Assembly: GCA_000004695.1 (NCBI GenBank)
Contig: CM000154.2
Location: 416,001 to 480,000 of the forward strand
Direction: 5' to 3'
DNA from: Dictyostelium discoideum
Taxonomy: Eukaryota
DNA: 64,000 nucleotides
Every line of letters starts with the position of its first letter. The first letter of the stretch is position 1. Both the position numbers and the translations under genes were made by a program. Under the pieces are notes generated by a model. The model saw nothing but the letters and a program-made list of their open reading frames with translations, had not been told where the DNA came from and did no database searches. Shown one piece after another: positions 26,797 to 40,713 of the stretch.

Positions 26797-27152
26797 AACT
26801 TTTAATAAATGAAACATGTGTTTTATAACTATTTTTTTTTTTTATTCTATTTTTAATTTTCATTAAACCCTCTTTGATTTTTTTTTTTTTTATTTTTATT
26901 TTTCTATTTTTTTTTTATCTATCTAACCTTGGGGGTGTTTTTTTTTTTTAAAAATAGAACGACCTAAGAACATAGTTCAAAGAAATATATTTTAATTTTA
27001 TAAATTTTAAATAAATTAAAGATTAAATAAATTATATTTTTAAAAAAAGATAAAAAAAAAAAGTATAAAAAAAAAAAAAAAAAAATAATTTATTATTTAT
27101 TATTTGTATTTATTTAATAATAAATTAAAAAAAAAAAAAAAAAAGAAAAAGA

Positions 27153-28172
27153 ATGAAATTTCAAACAATATCATTATTTTTAATAATTTTATTTTATTTT
27201 ATAAACTTTTCATTTTCAACTATTGCAATTGGATCAAAGGATGAAATTACAAAAGATGATTTAATGAAAAAGGTTTATTATTCTATTCGTCCGGATAATA
27301 AAGAATGTTTAACTCCTCATTGTGGTGGTTATTTCATTAAGAAATTGAATTCAATTGAAGGTACTGAAGAATCTCAAGAAATTTATATTAGTGAAATGAT
27401 GTCAAGTAATCCATTATTAAATGCTACTATGATTGGTGAATTAAAAGAAATTCAAAAACAACAACAACAACAACAACCAATTTCAATTATGCCACAATTT
27501 TCAATTGTAGTAAGTGGTGAAATTACACCATCTCATTCAAACGATGGATTATATCATTGTTTACATATAACAGATATTCTTCGTGTAATGTCAATACCAT
27601 CAGAGGATTTTTTAATTAATAAACAACAAAAGGCAACCATTAAACCACAAGAACAATATTACTTTATTAAACCATCACCATATAAATGTAATGGAATTTT
27701 AACAGATTGTCCACATTTGGTTGTAATGAAAGCAAATACATTGGAAATTGAATTCTTACAAAGCTATAGCGAATCTTATAGCAGCTCAATTCCAATGTTA
27801 GATCAAAGTTGGTTTAATTCAAGATTAGTATCAGAGAATTCAGATGTTAGTGCAATGGTAAAAGGTTTTATTGTAGGTGAGAAATTAAAAATCTCTTATG
27901 TTTATTTAAATACCTTTGATCCACCAACAAAATGTAATCCACCAATTCCAAAACGTTGTGATAATTCAAAACCAAATCAAATTCCAGTTTTTACTCGTAC
28001 CATTGATCGTTGTGTAATTTTCACAGAATGTATTGAACGTGGACCATGTCATTTAGGTGTACCATCTTGTTCACCAGGTTATATTCCATCAATTATTCAA
28101 GTTGCTCCAAAAGGTTGTAAAAAATATTATTGTGATCCTGATTTTTTACCAATAACATCAACATTTAATTAA
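27153..28172 (+). CDS. hypothetical secreted protein with signal peptide and a Cys-rich C-terminus, single exon
   Basis: MKFQTISLFLIILFYFINFSFS... 339 aa ending ...PKRCDNSKPNQIPVFTRTIDRCVIFTECIERGPCHLGVPSCSPGYIPSIIQVAPKGCKKYYCDPDF; no homolog recognised. Confidence 0.6.
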   Translation: MKFQTISLFLIILFYFINFSFSTIAIGSKDEITKDDLMKKVYYSIRPDNKECLTPHCGGYFIKKLNSIEGTEESQEIYISEMMSSNPLLNATMIGELKEIQKQQQQQQPISIMPQFSIVVSGEITPSHSNDGLYHCLHITDILRVMSIPSEDFLINKQQKATIKPQEQYYFIKPSPYKCNGILTDCPHLVVMKANTLEIEFLQSYSESYSSSIPMLDQSWFNSRLVSENSDVSAMVKGFIVGEKLKISYVYLNTFDPPTKCNPPIPKRCDNSKPNQIPVFTRTIDRCVIFTECIERGPCHLGVPSCSPGYIPSIIQVAPKGCKKYYCDPDFLPITSTFN

Positions 28173-28387
28173 GATTTTTATTCTATTAAATATTTTATTT
28201 AAATAAATATAGTTTTATTTTTTTATATAATTAATTTATTCATATTTATCAAAAAAATTTTTTTTTTTTTTTTTTTTTTTTTATTATTAATTTATTTATT
28301 TATTCTATTTATAATTTTTATTTTTATTTTGATAAACAAATTAATTATCAGGTACAGGAGCACATGATTCATCTTTTGAAATTTTTT

Positions 28388-30676
28388 CTAATTAATAATA
28401 AGATAATTAACTTCAGCTGGATCACTTAAATGGTAACTATCTTTAACAGATTTTTTACCAACTGAAATATTAAAGATTTTACCATCAAATGTTGGCAATT
28501 CACTTGGATGAATATGAGTATCACCAATTAATAAAATTAAATCTAATCCTTTTGGAATTGTGTCTGTTATAACTTTTTTCATTGAGGATAATGGATTTAT
28601 ATTATATGATCTTACACCCTAAAATTTTAAAAAATTTATAATTAATTAATATTATTTTTATAAAAATAATTTTGTTTTTTTTTTTTTTAAAAAAATTAAA
28701 CTTACCAATGTTTTATCACCAACTATAACATCTAAAGGTAAATTATCTAAATGTAAATGTAATTCACGTGCTTGAATTGAACCAAATATTGGATCAGCAT
28801 TTCTATAATGCCATGTGAATAACATTTCTTTTTCTTCAAAGAAAGAACCTGGAGTACGAAGAGTGAAATATTTAAAGAGTGGACGAATAGTTTCTTTCCA
28901 ACTTAAATCCATTGATGGAACTTGTTGTTCCCATTCAGTTGATTCTGGTAATTTAAAGAAACAACCATATTCTGCTGATAAACCAATCTGAATACCCAAA
29001 AACCATTCACTAAGAGTTTTCTTATCACGACCACTCAATATGTATACGTCAGTTTTTGGATCATTTGAAAGTATATCAAAACTATTTAATAATTCTTGAG
29101 ATGGTCTACTTAATTGTGGTACATTATTATAAGGAATTAAAGTTCCATCATATGCAAATATTAATAGACGACGTTTGCTCTGTTTATAGATATCAACCAC
29201 CTTTTCAATGTCTAACTTTTGAATGGTTACCATTTTATCAGTATTGGAACTTGCTTTATTTAATTCTTTTACAAAACCCAAACCCCAATGAGAAGCAGTA
29301 TGTTTTGTAACATATTTTAGTAGCATTTGATGTTTTTCTTCACGTTCTTCAGGTGGCATTAACAAAGAATTATGAATTGAATCAGCAACCTCTTCAGTAT
29401 TCCATGGGTTAATCATAACAGCACCCGATAGTGATTGAGCGGCACCAGTGAATTCAGAGAGAATTAATACACCATTGTTTTCAGTTTGACAAACTATATA
29501 CTCTTGAGCCACTAAATTCATACCATCTCTAATTGAAGTGATCAAAGCTGCGTCAGAGATATTATATAATGCAGTCAATTCCGATGGATCAACCGATTGA
29601 AAAAGGTAATGAATTGGTGAATAACCTATTGAACCATATAAACCATTGATTCTACCGACCAATTCTTCAACTTCTTTTTTCAATTTTTGATATTCTTCAA
29701 CGTCTTGTCTGGATGGTACAGCAACTTGAATCAATACCAATTTACCCTTCCACTCTGGATACTTTTGAAAAAGTCTTTCAATAGCTTGCAATTTCTGTGG
29801 TATACCTTTGATATAATCCAAACGATCGATTCCAATCAATACTTTTGTACCCTCAAATGATTCTTTTAACTCTTTGATTCTATTTTGAACTTGAGTAGTC
29901 TTTAACGATTCAAAGAATTTATCCGGATCAATACCAACTGGGAATACACCAACTTGAACGAAACGATCCTTAAAGTAAACTCCATTGGGTGCCGTTTCAA
30001 GACCAACTATACGGGTACATGATTTCAAAAAATGACGAGCATAATCGTATGTATGGAAACCGATTAAACAACAGTTCAATATACCCAATAGTATCTCTTT
30101 ACGACATGGCAATACACGAAAGATCTCTGATGATGGAAATGGAATGTGTAGAAAGAACCCAATTCTTGCATCTGGTTTCTTTTGTTTTAATATCTCTGGT
30201 AATAACATCATATGATAATCGTGTACCCATACTAAATCATTTGGCTTCAATATCTCTGCAACTACACTTGAGAATTGTTCATTTGCTTCCACATAGGAAT
30301 TCCAAATTCTATCATCATAATCGAGATCTCCTGGTAAATAATGAAATAATGGCCAAAGTACTCCATTTGAGAATCCATTGTAATGTTCATTGGCAACCTT
30401 TTCCGAGAGGAATACTGGTATACAACTATAATCTTTCCAAAGTAATTCTTTAATCTCTTTTCGATCATCTTCTTCAATCTCTGCTCCAATCCATCCTACC
30501 CATATAAAATTTGATTTTAACCCTGATAATGCTGCTACCAAACCTCCACTACTCATCTTACAACTCCATTTACCATTTGATTCCTTTTTAATTGATACTG
30601 GTAATCTATTTGAAACAACAATTAATCTACCTGAAAATCCTGTTTCATTCTCTAAATTATTATCATTTTCATTCAT
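28388..30676 (-). CDS. tps: trehalose-6-phosphate synthase fused to trehalose-phosphatase domain (GT20 plus HAD). Exons 28706..30676 and 28388..28618
   Basis: SGRLIVVSNRLPVS...GGLVAALSGL...FIWVGWIG...VLWPLFHY...VWVHDYHMMLLP...GFFLHIPFPSSEIFR...GIDRLDYIKGIPQKL...LVLIQVAVPSR are canonical GT20 TPS motifs. C-terminal LLIFAYDGTL...ILSGRDKK...IGDTHI is a TPP/HAD domain. One 87-nt intron (GTAAGT...TTTTAG). Confidence 0.85.
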
Positions 30677-30939
30677 TCTTTTTATTATTAAAAAAAATTA
30701 AAATTAAAAAAAAAATAATTAGTAAAAAAAAAAAAAAAATAAAAATAAAAAAAAAAAGTATTCCAATTATTAATTAATAATACTTTTTTTATTATAAAAA
30801 GAAAATAGAAAATAAAAAATTTTAATTTCTATTATTATAAATTTATTTATATTTATTAAAAAAAAAAAAAAAAAATTAAAAATGAAAAAATTAATTTATT
30901 GTATGATAAAAAAAGGGTTGTGTAATTTTATTAAATTAA

Positions 30940-30973
<34 letters not shown>

Positions 30974-31614
30974 TGTGCCAAATTAATGATAATGCAAAAT
31001 TATTTGAAATTATGATGGACATCTTACAACTTCTTTTGTTTTTTTTTATTTTTTATATTTTTTTTTTATTTTTTTTTTTATTTTTTTTTTATTTTTCTTA
31101 CCACTCCCATTTTAATGAGATATTTAATCAGTTCCTTGATTTGGCATTAAATTTATTACCCCTTTAAATTTATTTTTTAAATAATAATAAAAATAACAAT
31201 AAAAAAAAAAAAAAAAAACATTCCGCATTTAATTTCATTTTTTTTTTTTTTTTTTTTTTTTTTCTAATCTCAATCCAAAAAATTAAAAAAAAATAAAAGA
31301 AATAAAAAAAACATATAAATTAACTATACAAATAAATATATTTTCAATTATTGAAAAATTACCTGTCGCAATGATGCAAAAAAGCATATTTATTTTTGTT
31401 TAATTTATTTTATTATTTTTTTTTTTTATATTTAATGATTGCATGGTTTTTAAATGAATTTTTTAGATTTCTGATAAAAATAAAAAATAAATTTAAATTG
31501 AAAAGAAATAAAAAAAAAAAAATAAAAAAAAAAAAAATAAAAAAAAGTGTTAAATCACCACAGTTAACTATTGTGTGTAAAATTAAAAAAATATATTAAA
31601 AAAATAAATAAAAT

Positions 31615-31649
<35 letters not shown>

Positions 31650-31832
31650 TGGTTAGAATAATGTTTTTTTTTTTTGGTATTTATTTTATTAATTTTTTAA
31701 TTTCACAAACATCAACCATCCATCTGTACTAATAAATAATAATAAATAAAAAAAAATAAATAAAAAAAATAAAAAAATATTTATTTAAAAATAAAAAAAA
31801 AAATATAAAAAAAATAAAAAATATTTATTAAA

Positions 31833-33624
31833 ATGAAATTAAAATTTATTTTTTTAATTTTATTTTTTATAATTGGTAATTCAATTGGAATTAAAATTTC
31901 AAAAGAAATAAATAAAATTAAATTAAATGATATTTCAATAGATGGTGAAATTTTATTAAATAAATCGAGTGATTCAAGTAGTAGCCAATCATCAAAAATC
32001 ATAAACATTTGGCCAATGCCAAAGAAAGTTTTAAATGGAGATATTACAGTTTACATTTCACCACATTTTCAATTTACAACCAATTTAACAAAATCAACAA
32101 CTTTAAAAAAAGCAATGGACCGTTATTATAAATTAATTTTTACTGAAGATTCAAAATCACATTCAGGTATTTCAATTTTAAATGTAAATTTTTATAATTT
32201 ATAATTTTTTAATAATAAAAATAATAATAAAAATAATACTAATTATAATATTTTTATTTTTTTATTTTTTTAAAAAAAAGGAAATTAAAATTTTAGTAAA
32301 ATCAGAAGATGAAACATTACAAATTGGATTTGATGAAAGTTATGAAATTTATATTGATGATAGTGGCGATGATGGTGGTAAAATTATAGCTGAAACAGTG
32401 TATGGTGCCATTAGGGGATTGGAGACGTTATATCAAATGATTGGATTTGATTATCAACGTGAATATTATCAAATTAAACATTGTCCATGGATTATTCAAG
32501 ACTCACCAAGATACCCACATCGTGGGGTGATGTTGGATACTAGTAGACATTTTTATTCGGTAGATGTTTTAAAGGAGTTTATTGAAGCACTTGCCTATAA
32601 CAAATTCAATGTTTTTCATTGGCATGCTGTTGATTCTCAGTCATTCCCATTGACAAGTACAACATTTCCAAAGATTACCAAAGGTTCATGGTCAAGCCAA
32701 GAGATCTATTCAACTAGAGATATCAAAGAGATCATTCAACATGCTAAAGAATATGGTATTCGTGTGGAGTTAGAGATTGATATGCCTGGACATGCCTATA
32801 GTTGGGGCATTGGCTATCCAAGTGTTTTGCCAGCAAATTTCAGTCACTCAATTCAGTGTCAACAACCATGTCCTACCGAATGTAATATACCATTGGATGT
32901 TTCCTCCAAAGAATCCTATGTGATTGCCATGGGTTTATTAGAAGAGTTCAATGGCGCTTCAATGTTTAATGAATCATTTTTCCATATTGGTGGTGATGAA
33001 GTTGCTTATTCATGTTGGAATAATTCTTTAAGAATAGTCGATTGGATGAAGCGAGAGAATATATCAAGTTTTCAAGATGCTGCCATTTTCTTTGAAATTA
33101 AAGCAATTGAACAATTGATTCAGTTGGGTAAAACCCCAGTAATGTGGGAAGATGCTTATTTATTATTTGGTTCAAGTGGTATCACTGAAAAGTTGCCTGA
33201 AGAGGTTGTAGTTCAAATATACCATGATCCACTATTGGCTTTAAATACAACTAGAGATGGTTATAAAACTTTACAATCACCTTATTGGCCATACTATTTA
33301 GATAATCCATCAGTTGATTGGGAAAAAGTTTATGAATTCGAACCTTCAAATGGTATACACGAAAAAAGACTTCGTCTACTATTGGGTGGTGAAACTTGTA
33401 TGTGGTCTGAATTGGTTGATGCAAGTAATTTATTTGCAAAAGTTTTCCCACGTGCTTTTGCAACAGCTGAAAGACTTTGGTTTTCTATAGAAAATTCAAA
33501 TTCAACAACTTTTGCAAAACCCCGTTTAGAAAGATTCCGTTGTTTTTTATTAGAAAGAGGCATTGGTGCTGCACCTTTAAATTCAACTTCCCCTGATGAT
33601 CCAAACTCATGTTATTCATCCTAA
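31833..33624 (+). CDS. nagA: beta-hexosaminidase (GH20), lysosomal N-acetylglucosaminidase type. Exons 31833..32183 and 32281..33624
   Basis: Signal peptide; RGLETLYQ...HRGVMLDTSRHFYSVDVLKEFIEALAYNKFNVFHWHAVDSQSFP...EIDMPGHA...FHIGGDEV...W are the GH20 catalytic core (H/N-x-G-A/C/G/M-D-E). Confidence 0.85.
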
Positions 33625-33649
33625 TTAATTAATTAAATTTATTTATTTT

Positions 33650-33691
<42 letters not shown>

Positions 33692-33847
33692 AATAATAAT
33701 AATAATAATAATAATTTTTTTTTTTTAAAAAAATGAAATAAAATAATTGCAGTTTATAAAAATAAAAATAAAAATAAAAATAAAAAATAAAAATAAAAAT
33801 GTAAAAATTGATTTAAACCCCTTATTTTTTTTTTTTAATTTTATTAG

Positions 33848-33882
<35 letters not shown>

Positions 33883-33923
33883 CCCCATCTTTATAATTAA
33901 AAAAAAAAAAAAAAAAAAAAAAA

Positions 33924-34291
33924 ATGATAATTTTAAAAAGGAATATAGTTTTTTTACTTATAATAATTATTGTTTTAGGTATATTTATAGCAACATCAAT
34001 TGAAATTAAAAATTATAAATTATCACTAAATCAAAATAAAAATGAAATTTCAAAAAATCCACCAATTTGGCCAGCACCGTTCTATGGTCAATTTGGTAAT
34101 AATTCAATATTAATTTCAAAAGAATTTAATTTTACAATAATATCTGATTCAACATTATTATTAAATAAAACTTTATCAAAATATTATAATTTAATATTTA
34201 CTCAAGATAATTTAATTAATTCATCATCAAATACTTTAAATGTATGTATCAAATAATAATAAAAAAAAAAAAAAAAATATATTTTTCTAAT

Positions 34292-34333
<42 letters not shown>

Positions 34334-35697
34334 AATTAAATATTAATTTAAAATCTAAAAATGAAATATTAAAATTTGGATTTGATGAAAGTTATAAATT
34401 AATTATTAAAAATAATGAAAATTCAAAATTAGAAGGTAATACAGTATATGGTATAATGAGAGGATTAGAAACATTTTATCAATTAATTAAATATAATTTT
34501 AGTGATAATTCATATTTTATTGAAAATTGTTTACCATTAATTATAAACGATAAACCAAGATTCCCACATCGTGGTGTGATGTTGGATACTAGTAGACATT
34601 TTTATTCGGTTGATACCATTTTAAAAGTTATTGAATCATTAAGTTATAATAAATTCAATACTTTACATTGGCATATAATTGATTCTCAATCATTTCCATT
34701 ATCAAGTAAATCATATCCAAATTTAATTAATGGTGCATGGTCAAAAAGTGAAATTTATTCGTATCATGATATTAAAAGAATTATTAAGTATGGTAAAGAG
34801 AATGGAATTAGAATTCAATTAGAAATTGATATGCCTGGTCATGCTAAAAGTTGGAGTGTGGGCTACCCGGATTTACTGCCTCATGGTTGGAATGATTCGA
34901 CAACAACGATCAAATGTCCGGACTATGACGTGCCGTTAGACCCTTCCTCGCCACTATCACTACCAATCTCATTTGGATTATTATCAGAATTCTCTGGCAC
35001 AGATTATGGCTATAATCCAAATTATGATGATAAATCTAATAATTTATTTAATCTTACAGTTGATGATTTATTTCATGTTGGTGGCGATGAAATTGAATAT
35101 CAATGTTGGAATAATTCAAAGAGGATTAAAGACTGGATGAATGAAAATAATCTAAAGACTTTTCAAGATGTTGCAAAACAATTTCAATTGAAAATCATTA
35201 AACAATTATTAAAAATTGGTAAAATTCCAGTATTGTGGGAAGACACTTTTCAATTGTTTTATAAAGATTTACCAAAAGATGTTATTGTGGAAATTTATCA
35301 TGATCAATCAACCGCTATCAATGCAACTAATAATGGTTATAAAATAATCTCATCGATTGCTAGATATTGGTATTTAGAATACTCTTATTCAAATTGGATT
35401 CGTGCTTATAATTTTGAACCAACTTTAAATATTTCAAAATCAAATATTCATTTGGTTTTAGGTGGTGAAGGTGCAATATGGAGTGAATCAATTGACTCAA
35501 GTAATTTATTTCAAAAATTATATCCAACTTCTTCTGCTATTGCTGAACGTCTTTGGAGTCCAATTTATTATACTAATTTATTAAATGCTAAATCACGTTT
35601 ACAATCATTTCGTTGTTCATTATTAAAAAGAGGTATTAATTCTGCTCCTTTAAATAATTCTTCACCATTATCTGCTTTTTCATGTTATAATTCTTAA
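33924..35697 (+). CDS. beta-hexosaminidase (GH20) paralog, tandem to the previous gene. Exons 33924..34241 and 34333..35697
   Basis: MRGLETFYQL...HRGVMLDTSRHFYSVDTILKVIESLSYNKFNTLHWHIIDSQSFP...EIDMPGHA...FHVGGDEIEYQCW. Same two-exon structure, with the intron at the homologous position (after ...NTLN / ...ISILN). Confidence 0.85.
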
Positions 35698-35698
35698 A

Positions 35699-35699
<1 letters not shown>

Positions 35700-35795
<96 letters not shown>

Positions 35796-35800
35796 TAATA
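35700..35800. repeat. (AAT)n microsatellite immediately after the hexosaminidase-2 stop codon
   Basis: Uninterrupted run. Confidence 0.95.
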
Positions 35801-35949
35801 ATTATAATTTATAAAAAATAAAAAATATTATGATAATTGTAAAAAATTTAAAAAAAAAAATAAAAAATAAAAAAAATAAAAAAATATAAAAAATAAAGTT
35901 TAATTGAAACTAAAAAAAGTTTTCATTTAGATTATTCATATTATTAATA

Positions 35950-35997
<48 letters not shown>

Positions 35998-36481
35998 CGT
36001 GTTATTATTACCAAAAAAAAAAAAAAAAAAATTAAAAAAAAAATTAAAAAAAAAAAAATATTATTAATAATTAATAATCACTCAAAGATATAATAAAAAT
36101 GAAGATTAAAAAAAAAAAAAAAAAAAATTTGTAATCTCATTTAATAAATTTCTATTTTTGTAAAAAAAGAAAATGATGTGAACAAAAGAAATTCAGATAA
36201 AAATAAATTTTTAAAATATTTTCACCAAACCAAAAAAAAAAAAAAAAAAAAAAAATTAAAAAAAAATTAAAAAAAAAAAAAAAAAAAAAAAACCCAATCG
36301 CTATTACTCTCATTATTTTCCAATAATATTACTTTTTTAAAATAATAATAATAATAATAATATTCATACTCACCCCTTAATAATCACAATGATTTAGAAA
36401 ATATATATTGAATTCAAATAATAAATAACGATATCAATAAAATATTAAAATTAATAAAATAAATAAAATAATAAAAAAAGT

Positions 36482-36534
<53 letters not shown>

Positions 36535-36627
36535 ATTTCAAAAATAAAAATAAATACAAACATAAAAACAAATAATTAATAATTACAATATCTTTTTATT
36601 AAAAAAATTATACATATACAAACAAAG

Positions 36628-36771
36628 ATGATGACAGAATTTGGTAGTGCAATGACTTTAGTCACAGGTTTAGTGGCATATGGAGCTTATGTTAAATCAA
36701 AGAGGCAATCTAATCATTATTTATTGAAAACCAATAACAATTTTGATGTAGAAAAAGAGAATTTCAATTAC

Positions 36772-36814
<43 letters not shown>

Positions 36815-36850
36815 GTAATAATAATGATAATAATAATAATAATAATAGTA

Positions 36851-36902
<52 letters not shown>

Positions 36903-37071
36903 TAATATTAATGTATGTAAATTTAATTCTTATATATATATAATACATTTAAATACATATTCATCATACTAATTTAAAATACAACAATTACATATGTAAT
37001 AGGATAAACAAATTAATGGTACTAATATTTTCGATTCTAATAATCAAATAAAAAGGCGTTTATTTGATTAA
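36628..37071 (+). CDS. small hypothetical Asn-rich protein; possible two-exon structure 36628..36912 and 37003..37071
   Basis: MMTEFGSAMTLVTGLVAYGAYVKSKRQSNHYLLKTNNNFDVEKENFNY(N)n; GTATGT donor after ...NNINN, acceptor AATAG, then DKQINGTNIFDSNNQIKRRLFD*. Confidence 0.3.
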
Positions 37072-37255
37072 ATTCTAAAGGGGTACTCTCCCCTCTTTTA
37101 AACAAAAAAAAAACAAAACAATATATATAATATTATAAAAGTAAAACAAACAAACAAAAAAAAAAAAAAAAAAAGCGCAAATGTAAATAGAAACAATAAA
37201 ATTAAAAAATATTATATTTAATTAAATATAATTTTATTTATTCAATTTTTTATTC

Positions 37256-37654
37256 TTATATTTTTGGTTCTTCCTTTTCTTCTTGTTCATCTTTTTTATT
37301 TTCTTCTTTATTTTTAATTAAATTACATTGTCTATCATAACCATGTTTTTCAATATCTTTCCAAGTTTCGGCGGGTTCAGAGATAGTTTGCATATAATAC
37401 ATTTCCATGAAACCTTTAATTGTTAATCGTTCATCAAAACAATCAAAACATTCTTTAATTTCAGAGACTGATGCTTTATCAAATGGTTTACCATTGCAAC
37501 CAATTGCAAAATCATCTAATTCATCATCTGATAAACATTGATCACCATCTTTATCGTATCTTGAAAATATTTCTTTTAATGCTTCCTCTGCTTTACTTGA
37601 AAAATAGCCATCTTCTTCATCAATTAATTCAAAAACATTTATCTTTTTACCCAT
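37256..37654 (-). CDS. small EF-hand calcium-binding protein (about 132 aa)
   Basis: MGKKINVFELIDEEDGYFSSKAEEALKEIFSRYDKDGDQCLSDDELDDFAIGCNGKPFDKASVSEIKECFDCFD... DKDGDQCLSDDE is a canonical EF-hand loop. The ORF-track start at 37681 reads through a poly-A run (KKKKKK); the start at MGKK is more plausible. Confidence 0.65.
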   Translation of the reverse strand: MGKKINVFELIDEEDGYFSSKAEEALKEIFSRYDKDGDQCLSDDELDDFAIGCNGKPFDKASVSEIKECFDCFDERLTIKGFMEMYYMQTISEPAETWKDIEKHGYDRQCNLIKNKEENKKDEQEEKEEPKI

Positions 37655-37941
37655 CTTTTTTTTTTTTTTTTTGATTTCCAATAATTACACAAAAACGAAG
37701 ATAAAGAAAAAAAAAAAAAAAAAAAAAAAAAAAATTAAAAAAAAAAAAAAAATAAAAAATTAAAAAACGAAAAAAAAATAAAATAAAATAAAATAAAATA
37801 AAATAAAATAAAATAAATAAAGTATTATAAAAATAAAAAAATAATAATATCTTTGAAGGATGTATACCTATTGTTTTTAATTTTTTTTTTAAAATTTTTT
37901 TTTTTACTTATTTACTTTTAATTTTTTTTTTTTTTTTTTTT

Positions 37942-38206
37942 TTAATTTGGAATAACAGTTTCAATTAATAATGGATTACTAATAGTTCTTATTTGTGTTT
38001 TTCTAACTGGGTGACCTGAAAATAAACAAGCTTTGAATGTATTTGTATAGATTTTGCTTTTAACGTAGGCAGTTGTATCTGGTTTTGCTCTTGGGTGAAA
38101 TTTTACTTTACCATTACCTTTTTTTAAACTGAATCTTTTTACTGCTGATGATTTTGTTTTAATACAATAACTACTTGCTACTTTTGTTCTAGTTACATTT
38201 AATATC

Positions 38207-38237
<31 letters not shown>

Positions 38238-38447
38238 CAATAATAATGATAATAATAATAAAAATAATAATAATAATAAATAATAAATAATAAATAATAA
38301 TATTAGTAAATAGTTTAATAAATATTAATAATTTAAATAAATTATTGTTTGATATTATATATGTATGTATTATTTATTGATTTTTACATTAACATTTTCA
38401 TATAATCTTGAAAAATTTAATCTAAGATTATTAAATAATGAATTCAT
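37942..38447 (-). CDS. rpl28: 60S ribosomal protein L28e-like. Exons 38388..38447 and 37942..38205; the intron contains (AAT)n. Missed by the ORF track
   Basis: MNSLFNNLRLNFSRLYENVN | ILNVTRTKVASSYCIKTKSSAVKRFSLKKGNGKVKFHPRAKPDTTAYVKSKIYTNTFKACLFSGHPVRKTQIRTISNPLLIETVIPN*. Compare L28e NNLKARNSFRYNGL...[28 protein letters not shown] donor, TAG acceptor, phase 0. Confidence 0.5.
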
Positions 38448-38515
38448 TTTTTTTTTTTTTTTTTTTTTGTGAAAGTGATTGCCAAACAATGAAAAATAAG
38501 AAAAAAAAAAAAATG

Positions 38516-38546
<31 letters not shown>

Positions 38547-38899
38547 AAAAATCATTTTCGCATTTTTACAAACCTGTTATCATTTATCACAACAAAAAAA
38601 AAAAAAATAATAATAATAAAAAATAAAAAATAGAAAATAAAAAATAAAATAAAACTATTATTGGAATTCCCAAAATTTTAATCATTAAGATAAAAAAAAA
38701 AGTATTTTAAATAATAACATGATTTTAATATTTTTTAGATTTTTTTATTTTTTTTTTTTTTTTATTTTATTATATTGATCTGTACACAATAATAAAACAG
38801 CCAAAAAAAAAAAAAAAAAAAAAAATTGAAAATAAAATAAAAAAAAAAAAAGGAAAATAATAATTTGTTAATCAACAGTTTTTAATATTTTCTTTATTT

Positions 38900-40713
<1,814 letters not shown>

